A DNA stretch of 56,865 nucleotides, from positions 1 through 56,865 of IMG/VR virus record IMGVR_UViG_3300023489_000004. One strand, 5' to 3'. The stretch comes from a virus. The first letter of the stretch is position 1, and each line of letters starts with the position of its first letter. The position numbers were made by a program, and so were the translations under genes. The notes below the pieces were generated by a model. The model did no database searches and had not been told where the DNA came from. It saw only the letters and a program-made list of their open reading frames with translations. Shown here one piece after another: positions 26,167-35,559 of the stretch.

Positions 26167-26805
26167 ATGGCAGAGATTCCGAATTTCCCAGGTAATTCCA
26201 ACAAGAGTAAGCAGTTGAAGGCTGAGCAAGAGGAGAAAAACCTTAAGCCGATTGTCAGTCAGCCTGCTGTTAAGCGTAAGAAGAGTATTGCGCGCAAATT
26301 CAAGGAAGCTTTCATCGGAGAGGAATCAGAATCCGATAGTATTGTTGATTATATTCTCTACGATGTGCTTGTCCCAGCGTTTAAGGATACTGTTAGTGAT
26401 ATGATCAAGGGTTCTTTGGACATGGCTCTATATGGTGAGCGTCGTCCTAATACCCGTAATATTTCTCGAGATCGAGGTCGATCCTATGTTAGCTATGGAT
26501 CATACTCCAACACTTCTAATCGAGATTCTCGTCCGACAAACCGATCAAGGCGCTCGGCTACTTTGAAGCTCAATAATGATGATATTGTTCTAAACAGTCG
26601 TTTGGAGGCAGAACAGGTAATTGATCGACTTTGTGATCTGTGCGATCGTTATGGTTGTGCTACTCTTGCTGATCTATATTCTCTCGTGGGTATTGATAGC
26701 GATCCTACTGATAATAATTGGGGTTGGAGCGACATGCGGATGGCGAGCACTAGTCGAGTTCGTGATGGGTATATTCTCAACCTTCCACGAGTAGAAGCTC
26801 TATAA
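26167..26805 (+). CDS. Hypothetical protein
   Basis: 212-aa ORF; GAAAGGA RBS. Confidence 0.6.
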   Translation: MAEIPNFPGNSNKSKQLKAEQEEKNLKPIVSQPAVKRKKSIARKFKEAFIGEESESDSIVDYILYDVLVPAFKDTVSDMIKGSLDMALYGERRPNTRNISRDRGRSYVSYGSYSNTSNRDSRPTNRSRRSATLKLNNDDIVLNSRLEAEQVIDRLCDLCDRYGCATLADLYSLVGIDSDPTDNNWGWSDMRMASTSRVRDGYILNLPRVEAL

Positions 26806-26822
26806 TTTTAAGGATGGAAAAG

Positions 26823-26972
26823 GTGGATAGGCTTAAACGAATCTTAAACATACTCGCCTATTTGTTAATTGGGGTTATCTCTAGCGTAGCGTTGTTCTGT
26901 ATTATTAAGTTCGTTGCGAAACTGGAGATAACCGTTATTCTAATGCTCTTATATATGGGGGTATGGCGGTGA
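26823..26972 (+). CDS. 49-aa membrane peptide (GTG start)
   Basis: AAGGA 8 nt upstream; hydrophobic LAYLLIGVISSVALFCII. Below the track's size cutoff. Confidence 0.35.
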   Translation: MDRLKRILNILAYLLIGVISSVALFCIIKFVAKLEITVILMLLYMGVWR

Positions 26973-27130
26973 GGACCTTGAGTCTTAATATTAGTCAAAT
27001 GCGCGAGAAAATTGCGGATGCTTATAATGGCGATGGATGGAAGAAGAAAGTTCGTTTCATGCCTGACGACCAAGTTATCGCTATTTTCTATAGAATGAAA
27101 AAGAAGGGACAAATCAAAGATGCTGGTTAG
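26969..27130 (+). CDS. 53-aa conserved-looking small protein (GTG start, GTGA overlap)
   Basis: ISQMREKIADAYNGDGWKKKVRFMPDDQVIAIFYRM reads as a coherent globular peptide. Confidence 0.4.
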   Translation: MRTLSLNISQMREKIADAYNGDGWKKKVRFMPDDQVIAIFYRMKKKGQIKDAG

Positions 27131-27219
27131 CTTCAATCTATTTACCCTATTTCTTTATACAAGTTTTGTATTTTTTATGGGCTTTATTGCTTCTACGATT
27201 CTTCGAGCGGGTGGACGCA

Positions 27220-27414
27220 ATGAATAATGAAGGTTGTTGTTTTCTTGTAAGCTTCTCACCTTTCGAGGATAATGGTCGAATCTGCGTCATCGGAACAAAA
27301 GCAAAGGGTAAAGATGTAGAGATCATCAACGCTCTTGATGATCAGAAAAAGGTTCAAGCCATCTATGACATTCTTACGAATAAGGATTATGTATGGCCGG
27401 ACGACCTCAAATAA
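27220..27414 (+). CDS. Hypothetical protein
   Basis: In-frame ATG after GGGTGG. Confidence 0.5.
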   Translation: MNNEGCCFLVSFSPFEDNGRICVIGTKAKGKDVEIINALDDQKKVQAIYDILTNKDYVWPDDLK

Positions 27415-27449
27415 TTTCTATTTTTGCTTATAAAGGAGTACTGTATACC

Positions 27450-27665
27450 ATGATCTGCTCGATTTGTAATTGCCGACTTGCCAGCGAAGATACTCATACA
27501 ATCACCATCAGCGATGGAGTTGACGATCGCAAGTATATTCACAACCATTTTATTCTCTGTCCAACTTGTTATTCTAATTTCAAGTATCAGTTGGAGGTCG
27601 TTGGAACTCCTATTGAGGGTCCTGAGGATCGAGATGATATTGAGTGGCCTGATGATAACGCGTAA
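27450..27665 (+). CDS. Small zinc-ribbon protein
   Basis: CSICNC...CPTC. Confidence 0.55.
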   Translation: MICSICNCRLASEDTHTITISDGVDDRKYIHNHFILCPTCYSNFKYQLEVVGTPIEGPEDRDDIEWPDDNA

Positions 27666-27682
27666 AAATCACATCCTATAAT
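27658..27682 (+). promoter_or_regulatory. Early promoter motif
   Basis: ACGCGTAAAAATCACATCCTATAAT. Confidence 0.55.
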
Positions 27683-27714
27683 GACATGGTATATTTAGTT
27701 GAAAGGAGTTTACC

Positions 27715-27951
27715 ATGGCTAAGCAGAACGATAAGACTATCGGAGAGATTCTTGATGATATGGAGTTTCGCGAGAAGATCTTTAAGTACGCCAAGATTGG
27801 AGCCTTTTTAGGTGTAACAGGATTGTTCATCTACTTTAAGGGTTACACTCTGGGTGTTCCTTATGGATACGGAATGGCACTCAATGATATTAAGACCACT
27901 TTTCCTGAAATCTTTGAAGAGCTATTAAAAGCCACGATGACTGTTAAGTAA
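27715..27951 (+). CDS. Small membrane protein
   Basis: TM IGAFLGVTGLFIYF; its promoter and 5'UTR duplicate those of 24940. Confidence 0.6.
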   Translation: MAKQNDKTIGEILDDMEFREKIFKYAKIGAFLGVTGLFIYFKGYTLGVPYGYGMALNDIKTTFPEIFEELLKATMTVK

Positions 27952-27964
27952 CAGACACATGTCG

Positions 27965-27997
27965 AATAATAGGGAGTAATTACTCCCTATTATTTTT
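27965..27997 (+). terminator. Intrinsic terminator
   Basis: AATAATAGGGAGTAATTACTCCCTATTATT followed by TTT. Confidence 0.75.
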
Positions 27998-28012
27998 GAG
28001 AAAGAGATTGTC

Positions 28013-28174
28013 ATGACTAAGACCTTTTCTGAGAAGCTTGATGATTGGCGCGCTCATAACGATATAAGACAGTGTATCGTGGAAAGCTACAAAGAAGCAC
28101 AGCCATTAATTGAGGAAGACATAAAGAATATTGTGAAGACAACGCTTTCTTTAAAAGGAGCATCTGTATGCAAG
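28013..28174 (+). CDS. 53-aa hypothetical protein
   Basis: ATG after AAGAGA; below the track's size cutoff. Confidence 0.4.
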
Positions 28175-28365
28175 TAGCAAGACAATCTGGAAAATCTACT
28201 CGTGATATCATCAAAGTCTTGAAGTCTATGACGCCTGAGCAGTATGCTTTGGTTAACAAGATGGTTAAGGACGAATTAGAGCATCGAATCTTGAACGGAA
28301 GTCCTGAAATGAGACGACTTGACACAGTGATGCAAGTACGAGCAAATCTTAAGAAAGCTTATTAA
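28168..28365 (+). CDS. Hypothetical protein
   Basis: RBS AAAGGAG. Confidence 0.55.
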   Translation: MQVARQSGKSTRDIIKVLKSMTPEQYALVNKMVKDELEHRILNGSPEMRRLDTVMQVRANLKKAY

Positions 28366-28379
28366 TAAAAGGAGAAATC

Positions 28380-29321
28380 ATGAATTTTTCGAATGCTATT
28401 CAAACTGCTAAGTTCGCAATTGGACGAGGTGGTCTTGTTCTGAAGAAGTATAGTCCGGAGATCCTTACCGCTGCTGGTGTTATCGGCACGGTAGGTTCGA
28501 CGGTTCTCGCCTGCAAGGCTACTTTGAAGGTTGAGGATATTCTCGACGAGGCTAAGAAGAAGTCGAATCTCATTAATGCTGTCCATAATGGCGAGATTGA
28601 GGTAGACGCTGAGTATACTGACAAGGATTATTCTAAGGATCTGATTGTCAACCGCACCCAGACTGCTGTAAAGCTTATCAAGCTCTATGGTCCTGCTATT
28701 ACTCTCGGTGCTCTCTCGATTACAGCTATTCTCGGCGGTCAGCATATTCTCCGCAAGCGTAATGTTGCAGTCATGGCTGCTTATAAGCTTTGTGAGGAGA
28801 GCTTCAATAATTATCGTTCTCGCGTTAAGGATGAGCTTGGCGAGGAGAAGGATCGCCAGTTTTATTATGGCATGACCGAGGAGACCGTCAAGGATAAGGT
28901 GAAGTCTAAGGACGGTAAGACCAAGACTGTCACTAAGAAGGTAGAGAAGGCTCCGGATCATCTGTATTCTCAGTACGCTCGTTTCTTCGACGAGGCTAAT
29001 ATTAATTGGGATAAGTCTCCTGAGCAGAACATGTATTTCCTTAAGATGGTCCAGAATCAGATGAACGATAAGCTCAAGGCCCGTGGTCATGTATTCTTGA
29101 ACGAGGTATATGACGCGCTCGGTTTCGATCGTTCCGAGGCCGGTCAGCTTGTCGGTTGGGTTTGGGATAAGGACAATACGGCGATGGAGGCCGGAGATGG
29201 ATATATTGACTTCGGTATTTTCGACGGTAGCGACTATGCTAAGCGTGCTTTCGTCAATGGTGATGAGCGTTCTATCCTCTTGGATTTCAATATTGACGGT
29301 ATGATCTACGATCTTATTTGA
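28380..29321 (+). CDS. Membrane-anchored protein, paralogue of 23289..24098
   Basis: See 23289; the C-terminal RGHVFLNEVYDALGF...LVGWVW block looks conserved. Confidence 0.6.
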   Translation: MNFSNAIQTAKFAIGRGGLVLKKYSPEILTAAGVIGTVGSTVLACKATLKVEDILDEAKKKSNLINAVHNGEIEVDAEYTDKDYSKDLIVNRTQTAVKLIKLYGPAITLGALSITAILGGQHILRKRNVAVMAAYKLCEESFNNYRSRVKDELGEEKDRQFYYGMTEETVKDKVKSKDGKTKTVTKKVEKAPDHLYSQYARFFDEANINWDKSPEQNMYFLKMVQNQMNDKLKARGHVFLNEVYDALGFDRSEAGQLVGWVWDKDNTAMEAGDGYIDFGIFDGSDYAKRAFVNGDERSILLDFNIDGMIYDLI

Positions 29322-29419
29322 GATCTAAAAGGTTTTAATGCACCTGGGACTGGGATACGAGAGTTGGATATTCTCAACTATCCTGGTCTTTATTATTGTA
29401 AACCTAAGGAGAATTAACA

Positions 29420-29731
29420 ATGAATTACATTCACACAGCCGGAGCTTCTAAGAACGCCCAGATTGCAACCAATCTTGTATGGGATTATTTTATTAAGCAC
29501 CTTGATGATAGCTATAACCCTACTCTAAAGGATCTTGAGGATGTTGACATTTATGAGGTGTGACATTGCTATATTCTCGGAAACGAGAAGTGGCTTATAG
29601 CTACAACGTATCCCGATGGCATGTATTATGAGGTGACTTATAATAAGTCTAAGGATGAGTGGTATTTCGACGCTTACCAGAAGGTTAAGAATATTAAGGT
29701 AAATTCTGATATTATCAGCAATCTTATTTAA
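29420..29731 (+). pseudogene. Small conserved-looking gene interrupted by in-frame TGA (29561-29563)
   Basis: ...DVDIYEV, then the stop, then HCYILGNEKWLIATTYPDGMYYEVTYNKSKDEWYFDAYQKV in one frame. I think the stop falls where related phage proteins have Trp, but this is from memory. Confidence 0.45.
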
Positions 29732-29748
29732 CAGTATAGGAGCAAACC

Positions 29749-30555
29749 ATGAAACCTTTGGTTGGCACTTTGCTCGGTTTTGTTGGAGGCGTGGCAGTAG
29801 GCGGAATTGCTACGTATTTCGGAATGAAGGCAAAATTCGAGAAGCACGCGAACGATGTTATTCGTGAGTATCGTGAATACAGCAACGGTCGTATTCAGAA
29901 GGCTCAAAGTGAGCTGAATAAGATTATTGCTAGCGAAAAATTTGATGAGGAGGAGTATAAGAAGAAGGTCGCCTCAGAGCCCGAATTTGAGGACTATACG
30001 TCTTATTCGCATGATAACACCTCCGAGGACGATAACGGGCCTTCTAGGGGCATCTCAGAGCCTCTGAAGGGCATTTCTGTTGACTCTGCTAAGGCTATTA
30101 AGGCTGATATGGATGCTTTGAGTCGAGACGTACATGATTGTGACTTTGACGAGCATATGGCTGAGCGAGAAGTTCCTGAGGAAGATATTTCTGAGTATGA
30201 AGACGCTTTGGAGTTCGACCGACAAATGCATGAGGAAGCTCTAGCTGAAGGAAGTTCCGATTTTCCTCGAACGATTTCTGCCAGTGAGATGCTCAACCAA
30301 AAGCAGTGGTACTCGAAAGTGACACTCACATATTATGCAGGTGATGATGTCCTGGCTGATGATCAGGACGAGCCTATTGAGGATCCCAAGGATATTATCG
30401 GCGAGCATTTTAAAGAGTTCTTTGGGATGAATGAAGACGAGCCTGATATCATCTACGTACGTAATGATGATCGGGAAAGTGATTATGAGGTAGCGAAAGT
30501 CGAGGATTCGTATGGCGATCGTTATCCCTCAGAGAATGTCAGCATTAGCGATTAG
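29749..30555 (+). CDS. N-terminally membrane-anchored acidic protein
   Basis: TM LVGTLLGFVGGVAVGGIATYF followed by a highly acidic region. Confidence 0.6.
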   Translation: MKPLVGTLLGFVGGVAVGGIATYFGMKAKFEKHANDVIREYREYSNGRIQKAQSELNKIIASEKFDEEEYKKKVASEPEFEDYTSYSHDNTSEDDNGPSRGISEPLKGISVDSAKAIKADMDALSRDVHDCDFDEHMAEREVPEEDISEYEDALEFDRQMHEEALAEGSSDFPRTISASEMLNQKQWYSKVTLTYYAGDDVLADDQDEPIEDPKDIIGEHFKEFFGMNEDEPDIIYVRNDDRESDYEVAKVEDSYGDRYPSENVSISD

Positions 30556-30563
30556 GAGTTCAT

Positions 30564-31160
30564 ATGAGCGGACTTATTGATACCGCTCGAGCACGACAAG
30601 AGTATTTTGCTTATTTGTGCAGTCTGGTTCATGCTGACGATCCGGACTGCACCTTTTCTAAGCTCATGCTAACTTTATTTAACATGGAGTTCGTATGGAA
30701 TATCGATAATGACGTAAATCGAGCGGAAGATGGACTGAGTCTTCGATCGGATTTTGCCAGGTTGTATTGTGATGGAGATGCAGACTTTGAAGATTGGCTA
30801 TATTCTTCATCGCCTTGTTCTGTTTTGGAGATGCTTATTGCGCTGGCGTATCGAATTGATGAAGACATTATGTGGAATCCTACTAAGGGAAACCGAGTGT
30901 TGCAGTGGTTTTATGAGATGCTCGAGAACCTTGGTTTAGATGGATTGAGTGATGATAATTGGGTGTATCCCGACTCGGATTTTAGGGTTAAAGACATTGT
31001 TATTAGGATGCTTGACCGCACTTACACCCGAAATGGCTTTGGTGGTTTGTTTCCTTTAACTGATGGCCGGTGTGAAGATCAGCGAAAAATTGAGATCTGG
31101 AAGCAGATGAACACCTACTTTATTGAGAAATATGGGGTCGAAGAAGACCTTGATCCGTAA
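30564..31160 (+). CDS. Hypothetical protein
   Basis: 198-aa ORF; RBS AGGAG. Confidence 0.6.
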   Translation: MSGLIDTARARQEYFAYLCSLVHADDPDCTFSKLMLTLFNMEFVWNIDNDVNRAEDGLSLRSDFARLYCDGDADFEDWLYSSSPCSVLEMLIALAYRIDEDIMWNPTKGNRVLQWFYEMLENLGLDGLSDDNWVYPDSDFRVKDIVIRMLDRTYTRNGFGGLFPLTDGRCEDQRKIEIWKQMNTYFIEKYGVEEDLDP

Positions 31161-31486
31161 TTTTTGTGATAAAATGTGATATTTTTGAGTGATAAAAAAC
31201 ATCACATGGACTATCACAGCTATTTTTGGGCTTTGTGAGAATGGTCGAAAAAGGGCAAAAAAGGCCATTTGTGATAGAAATTTTTATCACATATCACAAA
31301 AAACATCACACAACGTTTTGCCTGGTAGATTGGGTTATTTGGACGTATTTGTGATACTTTTTCTTATACTACTATAAAATAATATTTAAAATAGTATATA
31401 TATATATAAAGGTTTCCAGCCCCAAATATCTCAAAAACATCACAAAGCCATTTTTAACAGATTTTAGCTCTTGAAAGGAGGAACCG
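31161..31486. promoter_or_regulatory. Putative replication origin: at least 11 TGTGATA/TATCACA iterons plus a (TA)7 AT-rich tract
   Basis: Heptamer copies in both orientations near 31166, 31175, 31189, 31201, 31212, 31270, 31286, 31292, 31303, 31350 and 31439. TATATATATATATA lies at about 31396-31409. Directly upstream of the replicase gene. Confidence 0.6.
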
Positions 31487-34400
31487 TTGGACTTTTATCG
31501 TATACGGCAGACAATGATCAAAAATCAGGGCCTCAAGATATTTCCTGACTTTCGAATCGGAAGCTATAGGGATTTCATGGCTCGCGGACATTCGTTCTAT
31601 GCTGTCTGGGATCCTAATACTGGTTTGTGGTCTCAGAACGAATTGGATATTCAAAGGATTGTCGATGATGATCTAGATCGTCATTATGAGAAAGTTAAGG
31701 ATAAGTTCGAGACAGATATTTTTGTTGAGTACATGAGTTCGTACAAATCCAGTAGTTGGAAGAACTATACTCAATGGGTTAAGACTCTTCCGGATCAGTA
31801 TCATCCTCTTGATACGAAGTTGATATTCTCGAACCAAGAAGTTAAGCGAGAGGATTACGCTAGCAAGAAATTGCCATATCCTCTTGAGGCTGGAGACTAT
31901 AGCGCTTGGGACGAACTGATTGGTACTTTGTATGAACCTGCCGAGCGCGAGAAAATTGAATGGGCAATCGGATCGATCGTTGCCGGAGCAAGTAAGAGCA
32001 TCCAGAAGTTCTGTGTGTTTTATGGCGAAGCCGGAGCCGGCAAGTCAACTATCCTAGGAATCATTGAGGAACTGTTTGAAGGATATTGTGTCAACTTCGA
32101 TGCTAAGTCTCTTGGATCATCGAGGAATATGTTTGCCACGGAAGCATTTAAGTCAAATCCGTTAGTAGGCGTTCAGCACGATGGCGATCTTAGCAAGATT
32201 GAAGACAACACTCTGCTGAATTCGATCGTTTCTCATGAGAACATGTTGATGAATGAGAAGTATAAATCTAGTTATTCTTCTAAAGTTAACGCATTCTTAT
32301 TTATGGGAACGAACAAACCTGTAAAGATTACAGATGCTAAGTCTGGTATTATTCGAAGACTCATTGATATTTCGCCTAGCGGCAACAAAGTTCCAATCAA
32401 TCGATATTTCGAATTGATGAGTCAGATTCGATTCGAGCTTGGTGCGATCGCATATCATTGTCGAGATGTGTTCGAGAATCTCGGTAAGCATTATTATGAT
32501 GCATATCGTCCGGTTAGCATGATGTTCAAGACTGATGTGTTCTTTAACTTTGTTGAGGATTCATATTTGGTCTTTAGTCAGCAACCATGTGTTACCTTGA
32601 AGCAGGCTTATGATATTTACAAAGAGTATTGTCAAGAAGCTAATGTCGAATACAAGATGCCTAAGTATAAATTCAGGGAAGAGCTCAAGAATTATTTCGA
32701 GAACTACTCTGAAAGGGGTCGAGTTGACGACAAGCAAGTCTGGAACATATATTCTGGATTCTTGAAAGATAAGTTTGAACTTATCAAAAAGCTTGATGAC
32801 GGTGCCGGAGAAGAAGAGATTGAAGTAGCAGAGCCTACTAGAATGGCCCTAGAAGCCTCTGAGAGCCTATTTGATGGCATGTTTAAGGATTGTCCGGCTC
32901 AATATGCCTCTTCTAATGAAACACCCCTTGAAAAGTGGTCTGAGGTCTCCACAACCCTTAACGATATTGACACTCACCAGTTACATTATGTTAAGGTCCC
33001 GGAGAATCATATTGTTATTGATTTTGATTTGAAGAATTCAGATGGAGATAAGGACCAAGATTTAAATTTGGAAGCTGCTGCAAAATGGCCTCCGACTTAT
33101 GCAGAGTTTAGCAAAGGGGGTGCTGGAGTACATCTGCATTATATTTATGATGGAGATCCTAAGAAACTCAGTCGAGTATATTCTGAGGGTATTGAGATCA
33201 AAGTCTTTACTGGGAATAGTTCGTTGCGTAGACGTTTGAGCAAATGTAACGATCTTCCCATTGCCCATATTTCTAGTGGGCTTCCCTTGAAAGGAGAGAA
33301 AGTGATTAATTTCAAAGCTGTGAAAAGCGAGCGATCACTTCGAGAGCAAGTAACAAGGAATCTTAATAAGGAGATTCATCCCGGAACCAAACCGAGTGTC
33401 GACTTTATTTATAAGATTCTTGAAGATGCGTACAAGAGTGATCTTAAGTATGATCTTACTGACATGCGTCCGAAGGTTCTCGCATTCGCTAACAATAGCT
33501 CACACCAAGCGGATTATTGTGTTCGACTTGTAGCCAAGATGCATTTTAAGTCTGAGAATTATGAGAGCGATCCGTCTATTGATTATGACGATCAGAGAAT
33601 CGTATTCTTCGACGTTGAGGTATTTCCTAATCTGTTCCTGATTAACTGGAAGTATGCCGGAGAAGATACGACATGCGTTCGTATGATTAATCCTACGCCT
33701 TCTGAAGTCGAACAACTTATTAAGATGAAGTTAGTTGGCTTCAATTGTCGTAGGTATGATAATCATATTCTGTATGCTCGATATCTCGGTTACAGCAATC
33801 TCGAACTTTATAATCTGAGTCAGAAGATTGTTAACGGTAGTCGAAATGCTTTCTTTGGCGAAGCGTACAATATTTCGTATACTGACGTGTATGATTTTGC
33901 TTCCGCTGCTAATAAGATGAGTCTTAAGAAGTGGGAGATTAAGCTCGGAATTCATCACCAAGAGTTGGGTCTTCCTTGGGATCAGCCGGTTCCTGAAAGC
34001 AAATGGGTTCAGGTTGCAGAGTACTGTGACAATGATGTTATTTCTACTGAGGCAGTCTTCAATCATTTGAGTGGTGACTGGGCTGCACGACAAATTCTTT
34101 CCAAGATCTCCGGACTTAGTGTAAATGATACGACCAACCAGCATTCCACTAAGATTATCTTCGGGAATGATCGTCATCCTCAGGGCAAATTTGTATATAC
34201 TGATTTGTCTGAGATGTTCCCGGGATATACTTTCGATCACGGAAAGAGTTATTATCGTGATGAGCTAGTTGGCGAGGGCGGATACGTTTACGCCAATCCT
34301 GGAATGTATACAGATATTGCATTGCTCGATATTGCGTCCATGCATCCGAGTTCGATTGAAGCATTGAATCTGTTTGGTCCATATACTCAGAGGTTCAGTG

Positions 34401-35545
34401 ATATTAAGCAAGCACGTATTGATATTAAGCACAAGGACTATGAGTTGGCCAAGACCATTCTGGATGGAAAGCTTGCCCCATTTGTCGAAGAGCTTGAGTC
34501 TGGTACGGCATCATATACCAATAAGGATCTTGCTGCAGCATTGAAGACCGTTATTAATTCGGTTTATGGATTGACTTCTGCCAAGTTTGAGAATCCGTTT
34601 AAGGATCCTAGGAATGTTGATAATATTGTTGCTAAACGTGGCGCACTGTTTATGATTAATCTTAAGCATGAGTGTCTTGATCGCGGTTGGCCTGTTGTCC
34701 ATATTAAGACTGATAGTATCAAGCTAGCTAACGCTACTCCTGAGATGATTCAGTTTGTTGTCGATTATGGTAAGAAGTATGGGTATAATTTCGAGCATGA
34801 GGCTACTTATGATCGTATGTGTATTGTAAATAATTCGGTTTATATTGCACATTCGAAGTGGGGCGACCATGCTGGCGAATGGACCGCTACAGGAGCGCAA
34901 TTCGCTCAGCCGTATGTGTTTAAGACTTTGTTCTCTAAGGAACCGATCGAATTTAAGGATCTTTGTGAGACGAAGTCTACTACTTCGGCGCTATATTTGG
35001 ATATGAATGAGACTCTTCGAGATGTAAAGAAAGAAGAGGGAGAGTTAGCTAATCGAGTATTTAATGCAAAACTTGATTTGAGCGATCCGGAACAAAAGAA
35101 GAGACTTAAGCGTCTTAATTCAGAATTTGAAGGTATGTCTGATGATGAGCTGAAGCCGATTATTTCTGAGGGACACTCGTACAACTTCGTTGGTCGTGTT
35201 GGTTCATTCTGTCCTATCAAGAAAGATTGTGGTGGCGGTCTTCTTGTCAGAGAGAAAGATGGAAAGTATTACGCTGTAACCGGAACTACTGGATATCGTT
35301 GGTTGGAATCTGAGACAGTAGAGCTCATGAGTAAGCAAGACGATATCGATCTTGGCTATTATAATTCATTAGTTGATGATGCAATTAATGATATTTCGAA
35401 GTATGGCGATTTCGAATGGTTCGTATCCTTGGAGGATCCCAAGGAAATTGTTCCGCCTTGGTGTACTAAGCCAGAGCTCCGAGATCCTGATCTGAATCAG
35501 TGCGCTACTTGTTCTGAGAATTCTACTTGCGGATTGCTCAATTAG
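31487..35545 (+). CDS. Fused replicase: SF3 (P4/D5-type) helicase, AEP primase-polymerase and family-B DNA polymerase with 3'-5' exonuclease
   Basis: TTG start 5 nt after AAGGAGG. Walker A GEAGAGKST (aa 180-188). AEP motifs IVIDFD (aa 509-514) and GAGVHLHY (aa 545-552). Exonuclease motifs FFDVE, FNCRRYDNHIL and YCDNDV. PolB motifs LDIASMHPS, KTVINSVYG and IKTDS. Confidence 0.8.
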   Translation: MDFYRIRQTMIKNQGLKIFPDFRIGSYRDFMARGHSFYAVWDPNTGLWSQNELDIQRIVDDDLDRHYEKVKDKFETDIFVEYMSSYKSSSWKNYTQWVKTLPDQYHPLDTKLIFSNQEVKREDYASKKLPYPLEAGDYSAWDELIGTLYEPAEREKIEWAIGSIVAGASKSIQKFCVFYGEAGAGKSTILGIIEELFEGYCVNFDAKSLGSSRNMFATEAFKSNPLVGVQHDGDLSKIEDNTLLNSIVSHENMLMNEKYKSSYSSKVNAFLFMGTNKPVKITDAKSGIIRRLIDISPSGNKVPINRYFELMSQIRFELGAIAYHCRDVFENLGKHYYDAYRPVSMMFKTDVFFNFVEDSYLVFSQQPCVTLKQAYDIYKEYCQEANVEYKMPKYKFREELKNYFENYSERGRVDDKQVWNIYSGFLKDKFELIKKLDDGAGEEEIEVAEPTRMALEASESLFDGMFKDCPAQYASSNETPLEKWSEVSTTLNDIDTHQLHYVKVPENHIVIDFDLKNSDGDKDQDLNLEAAAKWPPTYAEFSKGGAGVHLHYIYDGDPKKLSRVYSEGIEIKVFTGNSSLRRRLSKCNDLPIAHISSGLPLKGEKVINFKAVKSERSLREQVTRNLNKEIHPGTKPSVDFIYKILEDAYKSDLKYDLTDMRPKVLAFANNSSHQADYCVRLVAKMHFKSENYESDPSIDYDDQRIVFFDVEVFPNLFLINWKYAGEDTTCVRMINPTPSEVEQLIKMKLVGFNCRRYDNHILYARYLGYSNLELYNLSQKIVNGSRNAFFGEAYNISYTDVYDFASAANKMSLKKWEIKLGIHHQELGLPWDQPVPESKWVQVAEYCDNDVISTEAVFNHLSGDWAARQILSKISGLSVNDTTNQHSTKIIFGNDRHPQGKFVYTDLSEMFPGYTFDHGKSYYRDELVGEGGYVYANPGMYTDIALLDIASMHPSSIEALNLFGPYTQRFSDIKQARIDIKHKDYELAKTILDGKLAPFVEELESGTASYTNKDLAAALKTVINSVYGLTSAKFENPFKDPRNVDNIVAKRGALFMINLKHECLDRGWPVVHIKTDSIKLANATPEMIQFVVDYGKKYGYNFEHEATYDRMCIVNNSVYIAHSKWGDHAGEWTATGAQFAQPYVFKTLFSKEPIEFKDLCETKSTTSALYLDMNETLRDVKKEEGELANRVFNAKLDLSDPEQKKRLKRLNSEFEGMSDDELKPIISEGHSYNFVGRVGSFCPIKKDCGGGLLVREKDGKYYAVTGTTGYRWLESETVELMSKQDDIDLGYYNSLVDDAINDISKYGDFEWFVSLEDPKEIVPPWCTKPELRDPDLNQCATCSENSTCGLLN

Positions 35546-35559
35546 GAAAGGATATTTTT

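Noticed and set aside
28362-29090. Long minus-strand ORFs, for example 28362..29090 (242 aa), 55834..56472 (212 aa), 10901..11407, 16134..16598, 33731..34240 and 35738..36157.
   Set aside because: Each lies fully antisense to a + strand ORF that has a strong RBS, paralogues or clear homology motifs. Several fall in repeat or low-complexity DNA. None has an RBS. I treat them as shadow ORFs.
29561-29563. Genome-wide stop-codon recoding (TGA as Trp, genetic code 4, or TAG recoding as in some gut phages).
   Set aside because: Under the standard code, ORFs of 1352, 1422 and about 1978 aa are uninterrupted. Trp is encoded by TGG throughout. About 13 genes end credibly in TGA, several with ATGA/GTGA overlaps or a terminator right after. 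Only two TGAs and one TAG are in-frame. No suppressor tRNA is present.
31189-31377. A 62-aa + strand ORF in the origin region.
   Set aside because: It lies entirely within iteron and AT-rich DNA, has no RBS, and its sequence is dictated by the TGTGATA repeats.
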